Assembly: GCA_963674785.1 (NCBI GenBank)
Contig: OY771555.1
Span: 928,001-992,000, forward strand
Length of the DNA stretch: 64,000 nt
Direction of reading: 5' to 3'
Origin: Caldisericia bacterium
Lineage (GTDB): Bacteria > Caldisericota > Caldisericia > JAAYUI01
The notes below the pieces were generated by a model. It ran no database searches. It was not told where the DNA came from and saw only the letters and a program-made list of their open reading frames with translations. The position numbers and the translations under genes were made by a program. Below are positions 46,757-56,995 of this stretch, one piece after another (position 1 is the first letter of the stretch; every line of letters begins with the position of its first letter).

Positions 46757-47608
46757 TCACTTGAACATACAATCGCAAATGTCAGCGATTGGTTTATATC
46801 CAATTTTTTGGTAGATGCTATTTGATGTGGGGTTTGCAAGGTCTGTAAAGAGTGTACAGAATTTTTTCCCACTTTTTAAGATTTCTTTTGATAGTTCTGA
46901 GACAACCGCTGTTGCGTAACCTTTTCCTCTTTCATCAGGCGGAGTATAAACTGATGCGACACATTCGCTGTTTGGTGTTGGTCTTGTCCTTGCTGCCATT
47001 GAGACCGGTTTATCCTTTTCCCAGAGATAAAAGAAACCTGACTTTATCTTGTCTTCAAGGTGATTTGAATCATCGGGAGTATTGTTACTATTTTCTCCAA
47101 AGCAATCGATCATGAATTTCTTTGTCCAATCAAGACACAGGTCAAAGTCATCCATGGTTGCGACACGAAAATTCCCTTCTGGATAATCACGTTTTGCAAC
47201 CTCTGTGAGTTTGAATATTCTCATACTCATGACAATTTTTAATTTTCTGCCAGTTTTTTCACAGTAGTTTTTTGCAAAAGTTTCTGCAATATTTTTTTCT
47301 GCAATCACTCCTGGGACATACCAGTTTGAGTTTCCGATATTTTTTGTGAGTGTTTCAACTGCTTCTAATGAATTATTTCCACATGCAATGATCTGGATTT
47401 TAAATGGTGGAGTCATCATAACAACAAGCTCAATTCCTGAACTTGAAGATACTGTTGCCAGTAAAGGTTTTGTTCCGTAGTAGTTGGGATCAGCTTTAAG
47501 AAGTTCTGCAATTCCAAGCATCAAGCCGTTTTCCGCTTCACTTGCAAGAAGGATTTCTCTAGTAGTATCTAAAAAATTATTTATATTATTGTATTCTTTA
47601 TACTCCAT
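46757..47608 (-). CDS. GNAT family N-acetyltransferase
   Basis: VYTPPDERGKGYA and LFTDLANPTSNSIYQKIGY. Confidence 0.9.
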   Translation of the reverse strand: MEYKEYNNINNFLDTTREILLASEAENGLMLGIAELLKADPNYYGTKPLLATVSSSSGIELVVMMTPPFKIQIIACGNNSLEAVETLTKNIGNSNWYVPGVIAEKNIAETFAKNYCEKTGRKLKIVMSMRIFKLTEVAKRDYPEGNFRVATMDDFDLCLDWTKKFMIDCFGENSNNTPDDSNHLEDKIKSGFFYLWEKDKPVSMAARTRPTPNSECVASVYTPPDERGKGYATAVVSELSKEILKSGKKFCTLFTDLANPTSNSIYQKIGYKPIADICDCMFK

Positions 47609-47611
47609 GTT

Positions 47612-48565
47612 TTATTCCACCTTTTCTACATTGTCTGCCGGGAATAAGTCTGGGGTAGACAGATATCTCTCACCTGTATCATACATGAAACAAACTATTG
47701 TTTTTCCAACAAATTCTGGTCTTTCTGAAATCTGTCCCGCAACCCAAACAGATGCTCCTGATGTTGGCCCAACAAGAATACCCTCTTTTCTTGCAATTAA
47801 TCTTGCTGTTTCAAAGGCGACATCATTTTCTACAAGGATGATTTCATCAAGATTTTGTCTTGATCTTTTGAAGTTGTCTGTAATAAATCCTGGGCCAATA
47901 CCGATAAGTTTGTGAGGAGCTTGAGCTCCACCTGAATAGACTGGACTTGCTGCAGGCTCAAAACCAATGATTTTTATGTTTGGGTTTTTGCTTTTGAGAA
48001 ATCTTGATAGACCATCAAATGTCCCGCTTGTTCCAAGACCAATTATTGCAACATCGATGTTGCCGTTAGTTTGTTCCCAAATCTCTGGTCCTGTTGTTGT
48101 TTCGTGTGCTTTTCCGTTGTTTTGGTTTCCGTGTTGATTGAGGAAAAATGTCGTATTTGGATTTTTATCACAATACTTTATAGCTCTTTCTCTTGCACCT
48201 TTTGTGTGTTCAGCAGCGGGGGTAAGCATTACTTTTGCGCCATATGCACAAAGGATTTGCTGCCTCTCGACACTGCAAAGCTCACTCATGAAGATACGAG
48301 TTTTATAATCTAGCATCGCTCCCAAGCTTGCAATCGCAATTGCAGTATTACCACTGCTTGCCTCAACAACCTCTGTTTCTGAGGTTATTTTGCCCTCAGC
48401 CATCACTGTTTTTATCATTGATCTGACAGCTCTATCCTTTACTGATGTTGGATTGCAGCGTTCCATTTTAGCAAGGATTCTTGCTTTAGGATCAACAAAA
48501 ACTTTTGTCAGTTCAAAAAGTGGAGTATTTCCAATCAAGTCACATGCATCAGTAATGATATTCAT
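47612..48565 (-). CDS. cysK: Cysteine synthase (PLP-dependent)
   Basis: IGNTPL, NPTSVKDR, EASSGNT, GLGTSGT, GIGPG and DTGERYLST. Confidence 0.9.
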   Translation of the reverse strand: MNIITDACDLIGNTPLFELTKVFVDPKARILAKMERCNPTSVKDRAVRSMIKTVMAEGKITSETEVVEASSGNTAIAIASLGAMLDYKTRIFMSELCSVERQQILCAYGAKVMLTPAAEHTKGARERAIKYCDKNPNTTFFLNQHGNQNNGKAHETTTGPEIWEQTNGNIDVAIIGLGTSGTFDGLSRFLKSKNPNIKIIGFEPAASPVYSGGAQAPHKLIGIGPGFITDNFKRSRQNLDEIILVENDVAFETARLIARKEGILVGPTSGASVWVAGQISERPEFVGKTIVCFMYDTGERYLSTPDLFPADNVEKVE

Positions 48566-48679
48566 AAAGCTCTCCTTATTTTTTTGTAATTGGGAGAAGA
48601 GTCTAATGATAAAATGTCAAAATGCAAGCGGAATGGGCTGGTTTACAAATTCATATATTTTTATATACTTCTTCCTGGT

Positions 48680-51600
48680 ATGGAATCCTCTGACAATTTG
48701 ATAAAACTAGCTTTTTCAATGCAATCAAACAAGGGCGTTTATGCTCTCCTTCTTGGTTCTGGGATTTCAATTTCGGCAGGTATCCCAACAGGTTGGGGAG
48801 TTGTTTGCGACCTTATAAATAAACTCGCAAGACTGCATGGTGAAAACCCTGGCGAGAAGTGTTGGGAATGGTACGAAAAAAAGTTTGATAAACCAGCAGA
48901 CTATTCAGATCTCCTTGATTTCCTGGCAGATACTCCCACCCAAAGGGCGAAACTTCTAACATCATATTTTGAGCCAAATGATGAAGAAAAAAAGTCAGGT
49001 AAAAAACTTCCAACACCTGCACATAAGGCGATTGCAAAGCTAATTGAACAGAAGTTTGTGAAGGTCATTATTACAACAAATTTCGATAGACTTCTTGAAA
49101 AAGCACTTTCTGATTTGAATATCAATCCAAGAGTTGTTTCGTCTTCAGATGATATTGAAGGTCTACCATCTCTTGTTCATATGGAAAGACCACTAATAAT
49201 CAAAGTAAACGGTGATTATCTTGATTCAAGAATAAAAAATACTCCAGAGGAGCTTGAAAACTATACTTCTGAAATGAACCAACTTTTGACTGAGATTTTT
49301 TCAGAGTATGGATTGATAATATCTGGTTGGTCAGCAAGATATGATTCAGCCTTAATTGAGTGTTATGAGCAGGCTAAAAACACTGATTTTATAACGTGTT
49401 GGATAGATCCATTTGATTTATCAGAGCCAGCTTTGAAGCTTTTGTCATTGAGAAATGGAAGATTTATCAAAGAAAAAGCAGATATCTTTTTCCCAGAACT
49501 TGCAAAAAAGTTACGCTGCATTTATGAAAGATCAGATAAACTAGATGTTCCGAACAACCTTCCTGAGGGTCTTTCATCTTTTATTGGAAGAGAAAAAGAG
49601 ATTTCTGAAATCCTTGAGCTTGAAAAAAAACATAGGATGATAACTCTTGTTGGACCTGCAGGGGTTGGTAAAACAAGATTGGCAATTGAGATCGCAAAAA
49701 GACTTTCAAGCTCAAGCTATTCTAAAATATGGTTTATCAATCTTTCACTCGTTTCTGAAAAAATCCAAGTATATCAAATAATCTTTGAGGCATTGGGTAT
49801 TCGATTAGATTATACTGAGTCTTCTATTGATGCTATCATCAATGCAATAAAAAACACAAAGTGTTTGATAATTTTCGATAACTGTGAACAGGTAATAAAC
49901 ATTGTCTCACAGATTGCAAAAAAGCTTTTAAATGAAACAAAACAGCTAAAGATAATTGCAACAAGCAGGGAGACTCTAAACATTGAGATCGAAGCTAGGT
50001 GGTACACTCCTGTTATGGAATTCCCAGAACGATCTGATGAGGAATTCTCAAAAATTCTTGAATACTCAAGTATAAAGCTATTTTATGAACGAGCAAAAAC
50101 TGTATCATCAGATTTTGTCTTAGATGAAAACAATATCCGAAGTGTTGTCAATATTTGTATCAAACTTGATGGCTTACCGCTTGCAATCGAACTTGCATCA
50201 GCAAGAACAAAAGTTCTTTCTGTAAAACAAATTGAGAAAAAACTTGCAAGAAGATTCAAGCTATTAACAAAAAGTTTTAGTAGAGTCCCGGATAGACAAA
50301 AAACTCTTAAAGGTGCAATCGATTGGAGTTTTGATTTGTTATCTGATGATGAAAAAAAACTTCTTACTAGAGTATCTGTTTTTACTGGAGGATTTTCTCT
50401 GGAATCATCAGTTGCTGTTTTTACGGGAAGAATTTATAAGGGTGATACTGGGACAGATAAATATTTTGAATTTGATGAATTTGAAGTACTTGATCTGATA
50501 CAGCAATTAGTATCAAAATCTTTGATCATTTCAAAAAAATCAGTTGATGGGAATATCAGGTATAGCCTTCTCGAATCAATAAAGAAATATGGAATGGAAA
50601 AGCTAGAAACCTTTGGTGAAATGGTCTTGATCCATGACAGGCATTCCCGATGGTTTGATTTTTGGATAAACTCACACACAGAGAAACTCAGAACCAGTGA
50701 ACAATTCCTTTGGCAAAAGAAGATTGAATTTGAAAATGAAAACATCTTAGCGGCTCTGGATTACTTGTATGAGACAAAACGATTGACTAGATGTGCAAGG
50801 ATAATAAGTGGAGTTTCAATTTTCTGGGATTTGGTGTATTACAATGAACTTGGATACACTTGGACAAAAAAGGTTATTGAAACAGATCTTATTGATGATG
50901 ATGGACTTCTTGGTTTGATGTATAATTGTAATGGGGCTTTTTTGTTCAACTTAGGAAGGGACAATGAGGCAATTAGTTCTCATGAAAAAGCATTAAAGCT
51001 ATTTGAAAAAACAGGAAATAAGGAAAGAATTTCGATGGTTTCACAAAATCTTGCACTTTCCTATAAAAAAGTTGGAAAGATTTCAAAATGCGTTCCTTTG
51101 TTAGAAAAAGCAATAAAGGCAAGTATTGATGCAGAAAATGATTATTTCTTAGCTGTAAACAGAATGAATCTTGGCGATGTATATTTTTTCCAAGGTGACT
51201 TTGAGAAATCAATGGAACAATTTGAAAAGTCTATATCGATTTTTAGGAAGCTTTCAGATCAAAGAATGATTTTAATGGTTCAGAATAATTTTGCATCTGC
51301 ATACTATAACCTTCTAAATCTACCGAAGATGAAAGAAGTTCTTGATGAGATGTACCCGCTTGCTAAGTCAATCAGTTATACTGAATATGTTGATGTTTTG
51401 AGGCTGTTGTGTGATTATTATCTCATATTGGGAGAGTATGATAAAGCAACGAATCAATATAAACTGATGGAAAAGCTGAGAAAAGAAAATCCAACACAAT
51501 ACATTATCGAGCCGATCGAATATTCTTACTCTGCAATAATGATGGAAAAGGGTAATTTCGATGATGCATATGAAATATATGTAAATGCTGGACTTTTTGA

Positions 51601-52120
51601 TATGACAAAAGATTTCAGTATCAAAGAACTAATGCTGATGCTCTATTATTCAATTTCTATGAAGGATAAAAAGTTAATAGGTGAAATTATTGAAAAAATA
51701 TCAACCGATAAGAAAATAATCCCATCAAAACTAGATTTAATAAGGTTTGTTGGTTACAAAGCGACCTTTAATTATCTAGATGGAAAACTGTCTGAAGCGC
51801 TAGTTACCCTAAAAAAAGTAATCTTTGACTTTTATAAAATTGAGGCATATTTTGATCTTATCAAAATACTCGAGATGACGTCAATTGTTTTTTGTGAATT
51901 GGGTGATTTTTCGGTTTCTGCAATGATTCTTGGAAAAATGAAACAATTAAGATCTTTTTTCGGAACCCCACTTTCTCCAGCGAGGAAACCAGATATTGAA
52001 AAGTTAAAAGCTGATTTGAACCATGAAATCGGAGATGATTTTGAAAAAATGATGGTCAAAGGTTCAAAGCTTACGACTGAGGAAATAATTAAAGTTGTAG
52101 GTTGTGATTTAGTGAACTGA
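48680..52120 (+). CDS. SIR2 - STAND (NB-ARC/COG3903-like) NTPase - TPR protein, copy 1
   Basis: SIR2 GSGIS/TTNFD; NNLP..LSSFIGRE; Walker A GPAGVGKT; Walker B IIFDNCE; LDGLPLAIELA; C-terminal TPRs; start at ATG 48680 by alignment to its paralogue. Confidence 0.85.
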   Translation: MESSDNLIKLAFSMQSNKGVYALLLGSGISISAGIPTGWGVVCDLINKLARLHGENPGEKCWEWYEKKFDKPADYSDLLDFLADTPTQRAKLLTSYFEPNDEEKKSGKKLPTPAHKAIAKLIEQKFVKVIITTNFDRLLEKALSDLNINPRVVSSSDDIEGLPSLVHMERPLIIKVNGDYLDSRIKNTPEELENYTSEMNQLLTEIFSEYGLIISGWSARYDSALIECYEQAKNTDFITCWIDPFDLSEPALKLLSLRNGRFIKEKADIFFPELAKKLRCIYERSDKLDVPNNLPEGLSSFIGREKEISEILELEKKHRMITLVGPAGVGKTRLAIEIAKRLSSSSYSKIWFINLSLVSEKIQVYQIIFEALGIRLDYTESSIDAIINAIKNTKCLIIFDNCEQVINIVSQIAKKLLNETKQLKIIATSRETLNIEIEARWYTPVMEFPERSDEEFSKILEYSSIKLFYERAKTVSSDFVLDENNIRSVVNICIKLDGLPLAIELASARTKVLSVKQIEKKLARRFKLLTKSFSRVPDRQKTLKGAIDWSFDLLSDDEKKLLTRVSVFTGGFSLESSVAVFTGRIYKGDTGTDKYFEFDEFEVLDLIQQLVSKSLIISKKSVDGNIRYSLLESIKKYGMEKLETFGEMVLIHDRHSRWFDFWINSHTEKLRTSEQFLWQKKIEFENENILAALDYLYETKRLTRCARIISGVSIFWDLVYYNELGYTWTKKVIETDLIDDDGLLGLMYNCNGAFLFNLGRDNEAISSHEKALKLFEKTGNKERISMVSQNLALSYKKVGKISKCVPLLEKAIKASIDAENDYFLAVNRMNLGDVYFFQGDFEKSMEQFEKSISIFRKLSDQRMILMVQNNFASAYYNLLNLPKMKEVLDEMYPLAKSISYTEYVDVLRLLCDYYLILGEYDKATNQYKLMEKLRKENPTQYIIEPIEYSYSAIMMEKGNFDDAYEIYVNAGLFDMTKDFSIKELMLMLYYSISMKDKKLIGEIIEKISTDKKIIPSKLDLIRFVGYKATFNYLDGKLSEALVTLKKVIFDFYKIEAYFDLIKILEMTSIVFCELGDFSVSAMILGKMKQLRSFFGTPLSPARKPDIEKLKADLNHEIGDDFEKMMVKGSKLTTEEIIKVVGCDLVN

Positions 52121-52174
52121 TAAAAAACCAAGTCAGTTTACTTTTTTCTACATTTTCATATACTCTCACCTAGT

Positions 52175-55100
52175 ATGGAAGTCTCTGATAATACTATAAA
52201 ACTAGCATTTTCTATGCAATCGAATAAGGGTGTGTATGCTCTTCTGCTTGGTTCAGGAATATCAATATCAGCAGGCATCCCAACAGGTTGGGGAGTTGTT
52301 TGTGACCTTATAAATAAACTCGCAAGGCTGCATGGTGAAAACCCTGGCGAGAAATGCTGGGAATGGTACGAAAAAAAGTTTGACAAACCCGCAGACTATT
52401 CAGACCTCCTTGATTTCTTGGCAGATACTCCCACCCAAAGAGCAAAACTACTGACTTCATACTTTGAGCCAAATGATGAAGAAAAAAAGTCAGGCAAAAA
52501 ACTTCCAACACCTGCACACAAGGCGATTGCAAAACTTATTGAGCAGAAGTTTGTGAAGGTCATTATTACAACAAATTTCGATAGGCTTCTTGAAAAAGCA
52601 CTTTCTGATTTAAATATCAATCCAAGAGTTGTTTCGTCTTCAGATGATATTGAAGGTCTGCCATCTCTTGTTCATATGGAAAGACCACTAATAATCAAAG
52701 TAAACGGTGATTATCTTGATTCAAGAATAAAAAATACTCCAGAGGAGCTTGAAAACTATACTTCTGAAATGAACCAACTTTTGACTGAGATTTTTTTAAA
52801 GTATGGGTTGATACTCTCTGGATGGTCAGGCAAATATGATACTGCACTCATTGAGTGTTATAAAAATGGTATCAATAAAGAGTTTTCAACCTATTGGGTT
52901 GACCCTGGTGGATTATCAGACTCTGCAAGTGAACTTTTGTCTTTGAGGGATGGAAAGTTTGTAAAAGCAACATCAGATGAGTTTTTCTCTGATCTTGAAC
53001 ATAAGCTCATGAATAATGAGGTTCAAGAGACAAAAGAGACCTATGAGGTTCGAAATAATCTACCTGAAGACCTTTCATCATTCATTGGACGAAAAAAAGA
53101 GATTGATGAGATTAAATCTATTCTTGAAGATAAAAGACTGATCACAATCCTTGGTATCGGTGGTTCTGGAAAAACAAGACTTGTAATTGAGGCCGCAAAA
53201 AGAAACACTGATAAATTCACAGATGGTATCTGTTTTGTTAGTCTTTCTGATATTTCTGAAAAAATCCAGTTGGTTCAATCTATTTCTACATTTTTGAATG
53301 TTCAAGGTGACTCCGAAAAATCTCCGACTGAATTGATAATTGATCATATTTCAGATAAAAAAATGCTTTTAATCCTTGATAGTTGTGAGCTTGTTTCATC
53401 TTCGCTTGCAAAGATTTCAGAAAGGTTTTTGGAGAATTGCCCAAACTTGAGAATTATTGCTACAACAACTGAATCACTCGAGATCAAAGGTGAAGAGGTT
53501 TGGAGAATTCCATCACTTGTAGTTCCACAATCGAATTCAATTAAACTTGATGATTTTGAAAAATTTTCAGCAGTAAAATTATTTGTTGAAAGAGCAAGAT
53601 CTGTTGCAACTGATTTTACCCTTTCAGAAGAAAATTCGGACGCAGTTTGTGATATTGTGAGAAGACTCGATGGTTTACCGCTAGCAATTGAACTTGCTGC
53701 TGCAAGGGTGAAGGTTCTTTCACCAGACCAGATAAACCAAAAATTGAATAAAAGATTTAAGCTTTTGACAAAGGGTTCAAGAGATGCAACCGATAGACAG
53801 AAAACCCTTCGGAAAACAATTGATTGGAGTTATGATCTCCTCTCTTCTGATGAGAGAACATTGCTCAATAGGATGTCAGTTTTTTCTGAAGGATTCACAT
53901 TAGAGTCTTCAACCGCTATTGCCACAGGTGACTTTGAGTTCAAGTTAGATGACAAAGTACTCGCTGATTCAATTTCTGAAGATGCTGAAACTTTTGATGA
54001 TGATTTTTGTGAATTTGATGAGTTTGAAATCCTTGACCTTATTGATGGGCTTCACTCAAAATCACTTATTGTTACAAATAAAACTGCTAAAGGTGAAACA
54101 AGATATTATCTCCTAAACACGATAAGAGAATATGCAAAAGAAAAGCTTGTTGAGTCAGGCGAGTATGAATTTATAAGAAAAAGATACCTTAGGTGGTTCG
54201 CCACATGGGTAAACACCAATAGAAATAATCTGAGAGGTAAAGACCAAGCACTTTGGTTAGCAAGGTTTGAGTCAGAAAATAAAAATGTTCTTTCTGCAAT
54301 TGATTTTGCCTTCGAGTCAAATCAAGATGGATACTTGATAATCCTGACTTCCTCGATGTGCATTTTTTGGAATGTTATGGGTTATCATAGATTGGGTTTG
54401 GAAAAGACAAAGCAGGCGATTGAAAGAATCAATATCAAATCAAAAACAGCGGGTTCGCTTTGTTTGAATTCAGGTGTGTTTGCACATTGGCTTGGCGATT
54501 TTGATGAGGCTATCAGGGTTACAAATAAATCAATTGGAATACTTGAAGAAATTGATGCTCAGGATTCATTACTTTTTTCCTATCAGAATTTGGCAATCTA
54601 TTATCAGGGGAATGGAAATATAGATAAGAGCTTTGAGTTATATGAAAAAACAATAAAGCTCAGCACAGAATTGAAACAATACCATATGCTTGCGACAAGT
54701 CAGATGAATCTTGGTTTGAGTTATTTTGATGTTGGAAGATATGATGATGCCTTGAGAGAATTGAAGACCTCTCTTGCTTCATTTGAAAAGATCTCCGACT
54801 ATAGGATGATTTGTTGGACAAATAGATTAATATCATCGATCCATATTGACAGATTGAATCTCAAAGAAGCTGAAAGGTTTATTTCCGAGGCTATGAAATA
54901 TGGTGGAAAGTCTGGGGTTAACCTCGAGATAATTCTAACTTTGAGGAAAAAGGCTCAGTTTAATGTTCTGATTGGGAAATATGATGAAGCGATTGAATGC
55001 AATAATAAAATAAAACAGCTTTCAAAAAAACAGCTTCAAGATCTTGGAATGGATTATTATTATGATAGCTCAATCGAGATTTACATGTCGATGAATGATA

Positions 55101-55666
55101 TGGAAAAAACAAAGTATTATTTAGAAAAACTTGGTCATCTGAAAGAAGATGAAAAGTTTGGTTACAGAGAAAATGATATTAGCATATTGCTTACACTTGC
55201 CAAATATTACATTTTCAATCGAGAGCTAAATAACGCAAAACTTATTTTCGATAAAATTGATGAAAGAAAAAAAGTTCTTACAAAATCGTCTTTCATAAAT
55301 AGATATATGTTATATAAGGGGATGTATCTCCATTTGAAAAATGATTTTATGGAATCGACAGAATGCCTGCTAGGTGTTTTAAAAAACCATATGGAGTCGA
55401 AATCCATGTTACAGGTAATTGTTTCGCTGGAATTTCTATCCATGAGCTTTGGAAATATGAAGAAATATAAGGAAGCATCGCTTATTATCGGCAAAGCAAT
55501 TCAATTGAGAAATAAGTTTGGTGTCCCAAATGACCCCCTTATTAAACCTTACATTGATGAAATTATTGCCAACTTAAGCGAGTTTTCCGGAGCAACTTTT
55601 GAAAAATATGGAGATCGCGGAGCAAACATGTCCCTTGATGAGATTATCGAGTTTATATCTCAATAA
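52175..55666 (+). CDS. SIR2 - STAND NTPase - TPR protein, copy 2
   Basis: Same architecture; Walker A GIGGSGKT, Walker B LILDSCE, LDGLPLAIELAAAR. Confidence 0.85.
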   Translation: MEVSDNTIKLAFSMQSNKGVYALLLGSGISISAGIPTGWGVVCDLINKLARLHGENPGEKCWEWYEKKFDKPADYSDLLDFLADTPTQRAKLLTSYFEPNDEEKKSGKKLPTPAHKAIAKLIEQKFVKVIITTNFDRLLEKALSDLNINPRVVSSSDDIEGLPSLVHMERPLIIKVNGDYLDSRIKNTPEELENYTSEMNQLLTEIFLKYGLILSGWSGKYDTALIECYKNGINKEFSTYWVDPGGLSDSASELLSLRDGKFVKATSDEFFSDLEHKLMNNEVQETKETYEVRNNLPEDLSSFIGRKKEIDEIKSILEDKRLITILGIGGSGKTRLVIEAAKRNTDKFTDGICFVSLSDISEKIQLVQSISTFLNVQGDSEKSPTELIIDHISDKKMLLILDSCELVSSSLAKISERFLENCPNLRIIATTTESLEIKGEEVWRIPSLVVPQSNSIKLDDFEKFSAVKLFVERARSVATDFTLSEENSDAVCDIVRRLDGLPLAIELAAARVKVLSPDQINQKLNKRFKLLTKGSRDATDRQKTLRKTIDWSYDLLSSDERTLLNRMSVFSEGFTLESSTAIATGDFEFKLDDKVLADSISEDAETFDDDFCEFDEFEILDLIDGLHSKSLIVTNKTAKGETRYYLLNTIREYAKEKLVESGEYEFIRKRYLRWFATWVNTNRNNLRGKDQALWLARFESENKNVLSAIDFAFESNQDGYLIILTSSMCIFWNVMGYHRLGLEKTKQAIERINIKSKTAGSLCLNSGVFAHWLGDFDEAIRVTNKSIGILEEIDAQDSLLFSYQNLAIYYQGNGNIDKSFELYEKTIKLSTELKQYHMLATSQMNLGLSYFDVGRYDDALRELKTSLASFEKISDYRMICWTNRLISSIHIDRLNLKEAERFISEAMKYGGKSGVNLEIILTLRKKAQFNVLIGKYDEAIECNNKIKQLSKKQLQDLGMDYYYDSSIEIYMSMNDMEKTKYYLEKLGHLKEDEKFGYRENDISILLTLAKYYIFNRELNNAKLIFDKIDERKKVLTKSSFINRYMLYKGMYLHLKNDFMESTECLLGVLKNHMESKSMLQVIVSLEFLSMSFGNMKKYKEASLIIGKAIQLRNKFGVPNDPLIKPYIDEIIANLSEFSGATFEKYGDRGANMSLDEIIEFISQ

Positions 55667-56556
55667 TTGATTCTGGAAATCTTTTTAAATCTGACCTGTG
55701 ATATTACAACTCCTGAAAGAACAACAACAATTCCAACCATATTAAAAATTGTCAGTTTTTCACCAAGCACTATGAATGCCGCAATTGCAGTAAAAATCGG
55801 GATTGTATTTGTGAAAAGGTTTGCGGTTGACATCCCAAGTTCCTGGATTGCAGAAATGAAGAAGATATAGGCAAGTGATGAGCCGAGAACCGCCAGTAGA
55901 AGAAATGGCATGATGGTACCTGAAACAAATCCAATTTTAAGAATATGTCTCAGATCAGTTACCAGGAATAGTGGAATGAACATTATTGAACCGATAAGAT
56001 TCTGCCAGAAGAGGATTGAAAAAACATTGTATCGATCCTTGAGTTTATATATGAGTACGGTGTAGATAATTGCTGAAAGAATAGCCAAGAATAAAAGAAA
56101 AACACCAAATGGGTGTGCTGAAAATGAAAGATCATTCTTCATGACTACCATCAAAACCCCGAAAAATGAGATTATCATTCCCAAAACAAAAAATCTTGTG
56201 AGTTTTTCTTTGAAGAAAATATGTCCCGCAATTGGCGTAAAAAGCGGAATCATTGCGATGATTACTGCTGTGACAGTTGTGGAGACATACATCAATCCGT
56301 AGTTTTCGCAGATGAAATATAAAAATGGTTGGAAGAGTGACAAAAGCACGAACTGCCAAAAATCTTCTTTTCGAATCTTTTGCAGTTGTTTTAGAAACAG
56401 ATTGAATATAAACATGAAAAAAACTGAAATGATGAGTCTTACAGTTATGATTGTGATCGGATTGTAGAACTCAAGAATCTGTTTTGTCCAAATAAAGGTG
56501 AGTCCCCAGAAAACCATTGCCAGAGAAAGATTTATGTATACAAGAGCTTTTTTCAT
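55660..56556 (-). CDS. DMT/EamA family transporter
   Basis: FWGLTF...R, about 10 TM helices, two EamA repeats, LGE motif. Confidence 0.88.
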   Translation of the reverse strand: MKKALVYINLSLAMVFWGLTFIWTKQILEFYNPITIITVRLIISVFFMFIFNLFLKQLQKIRKEDFWQFVLLSLFQPFLYFICENYGLMYVSTTVTAVIIAMIPLFTPIAGHIFFKEKLTRFFVLGMIISFFGVLMVVMKNDLSFSAHPFGVFLLFLAILSAIIYTVLIYKLKDRYNVFSILFWQNLIGSIMFIPLFLVTDLRHILKIGFVSGTIMPFLLLAVLGSSLAYIFFISAIQELGMSTANLFTNTIPIFTAIAAFIVLGEKLTIFNMVGIVVVLSGVVISQVRFKKISRINY

Positions 56557-56572
56557 GTTTTATTACTTGTGA

Positions 56573-56950
56573 CTATTGTTTTGTCTTGAGGTTCTCGATT
56601 ACCTTTAGGGCTTCCTCTTTTGATGAAACTACATGAACTATCTCTTTTCGAAATGTTCCAACGAGTTTCATACCTGATTTTTGAAGCAGACTTTTTACAA
56701 TTGAAATTGACGCAAGCCATGAGCCATGAAGTGAACTTGAGAGTTTGCTGTATTTTATTGCAGGACCCGATTTTGGAAAAAGCTCGGTTACGTCAGAGAT
56801 AAACCAGCATTTCTTCCCAATACTGGAAACATTGACCCTGATCTTCTCAAAAACTTCAACAGCGTCTTTATCGGTGTCCATATTCCCGACAAGTTTTGCA
56901 AGCAGGATGTTCTCCTGCTCATCGTATTCAAAATTTACGTCTACTGGCAT
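56573..56950 (-). CDS. STAS/SEC14 (SpoIIAA-like) small protein
   Basis: Beta-alpha pattern ...WFISDVTE...VSSKEEALKVI; GGAGG RBS. Confidence 0.55.
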   Translation of the reverse strand: MPVDVNFEYDEQENILLAKLVGNMDTDKDAVEVFEKIRVNVSSIGKKCWFISDVTELFPKSGPAIKYSKLSSSLHGSWLASISIVKSLLQKSGMKLVGTFRKEIVHVVSSKEEALKVIENLKTKQ

Positions 56951-56995
56951 ATAACCTCCGCCATCATTCTAAATTGCGATAGTAGTATGTCAAAC

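Noticed and set aside
48590-48679. N-terminal extension of the first SIR2-STAND protein
   Set aside because: The paralogue starts at the equivalent of ATG 48680; the extension is promoter DNA
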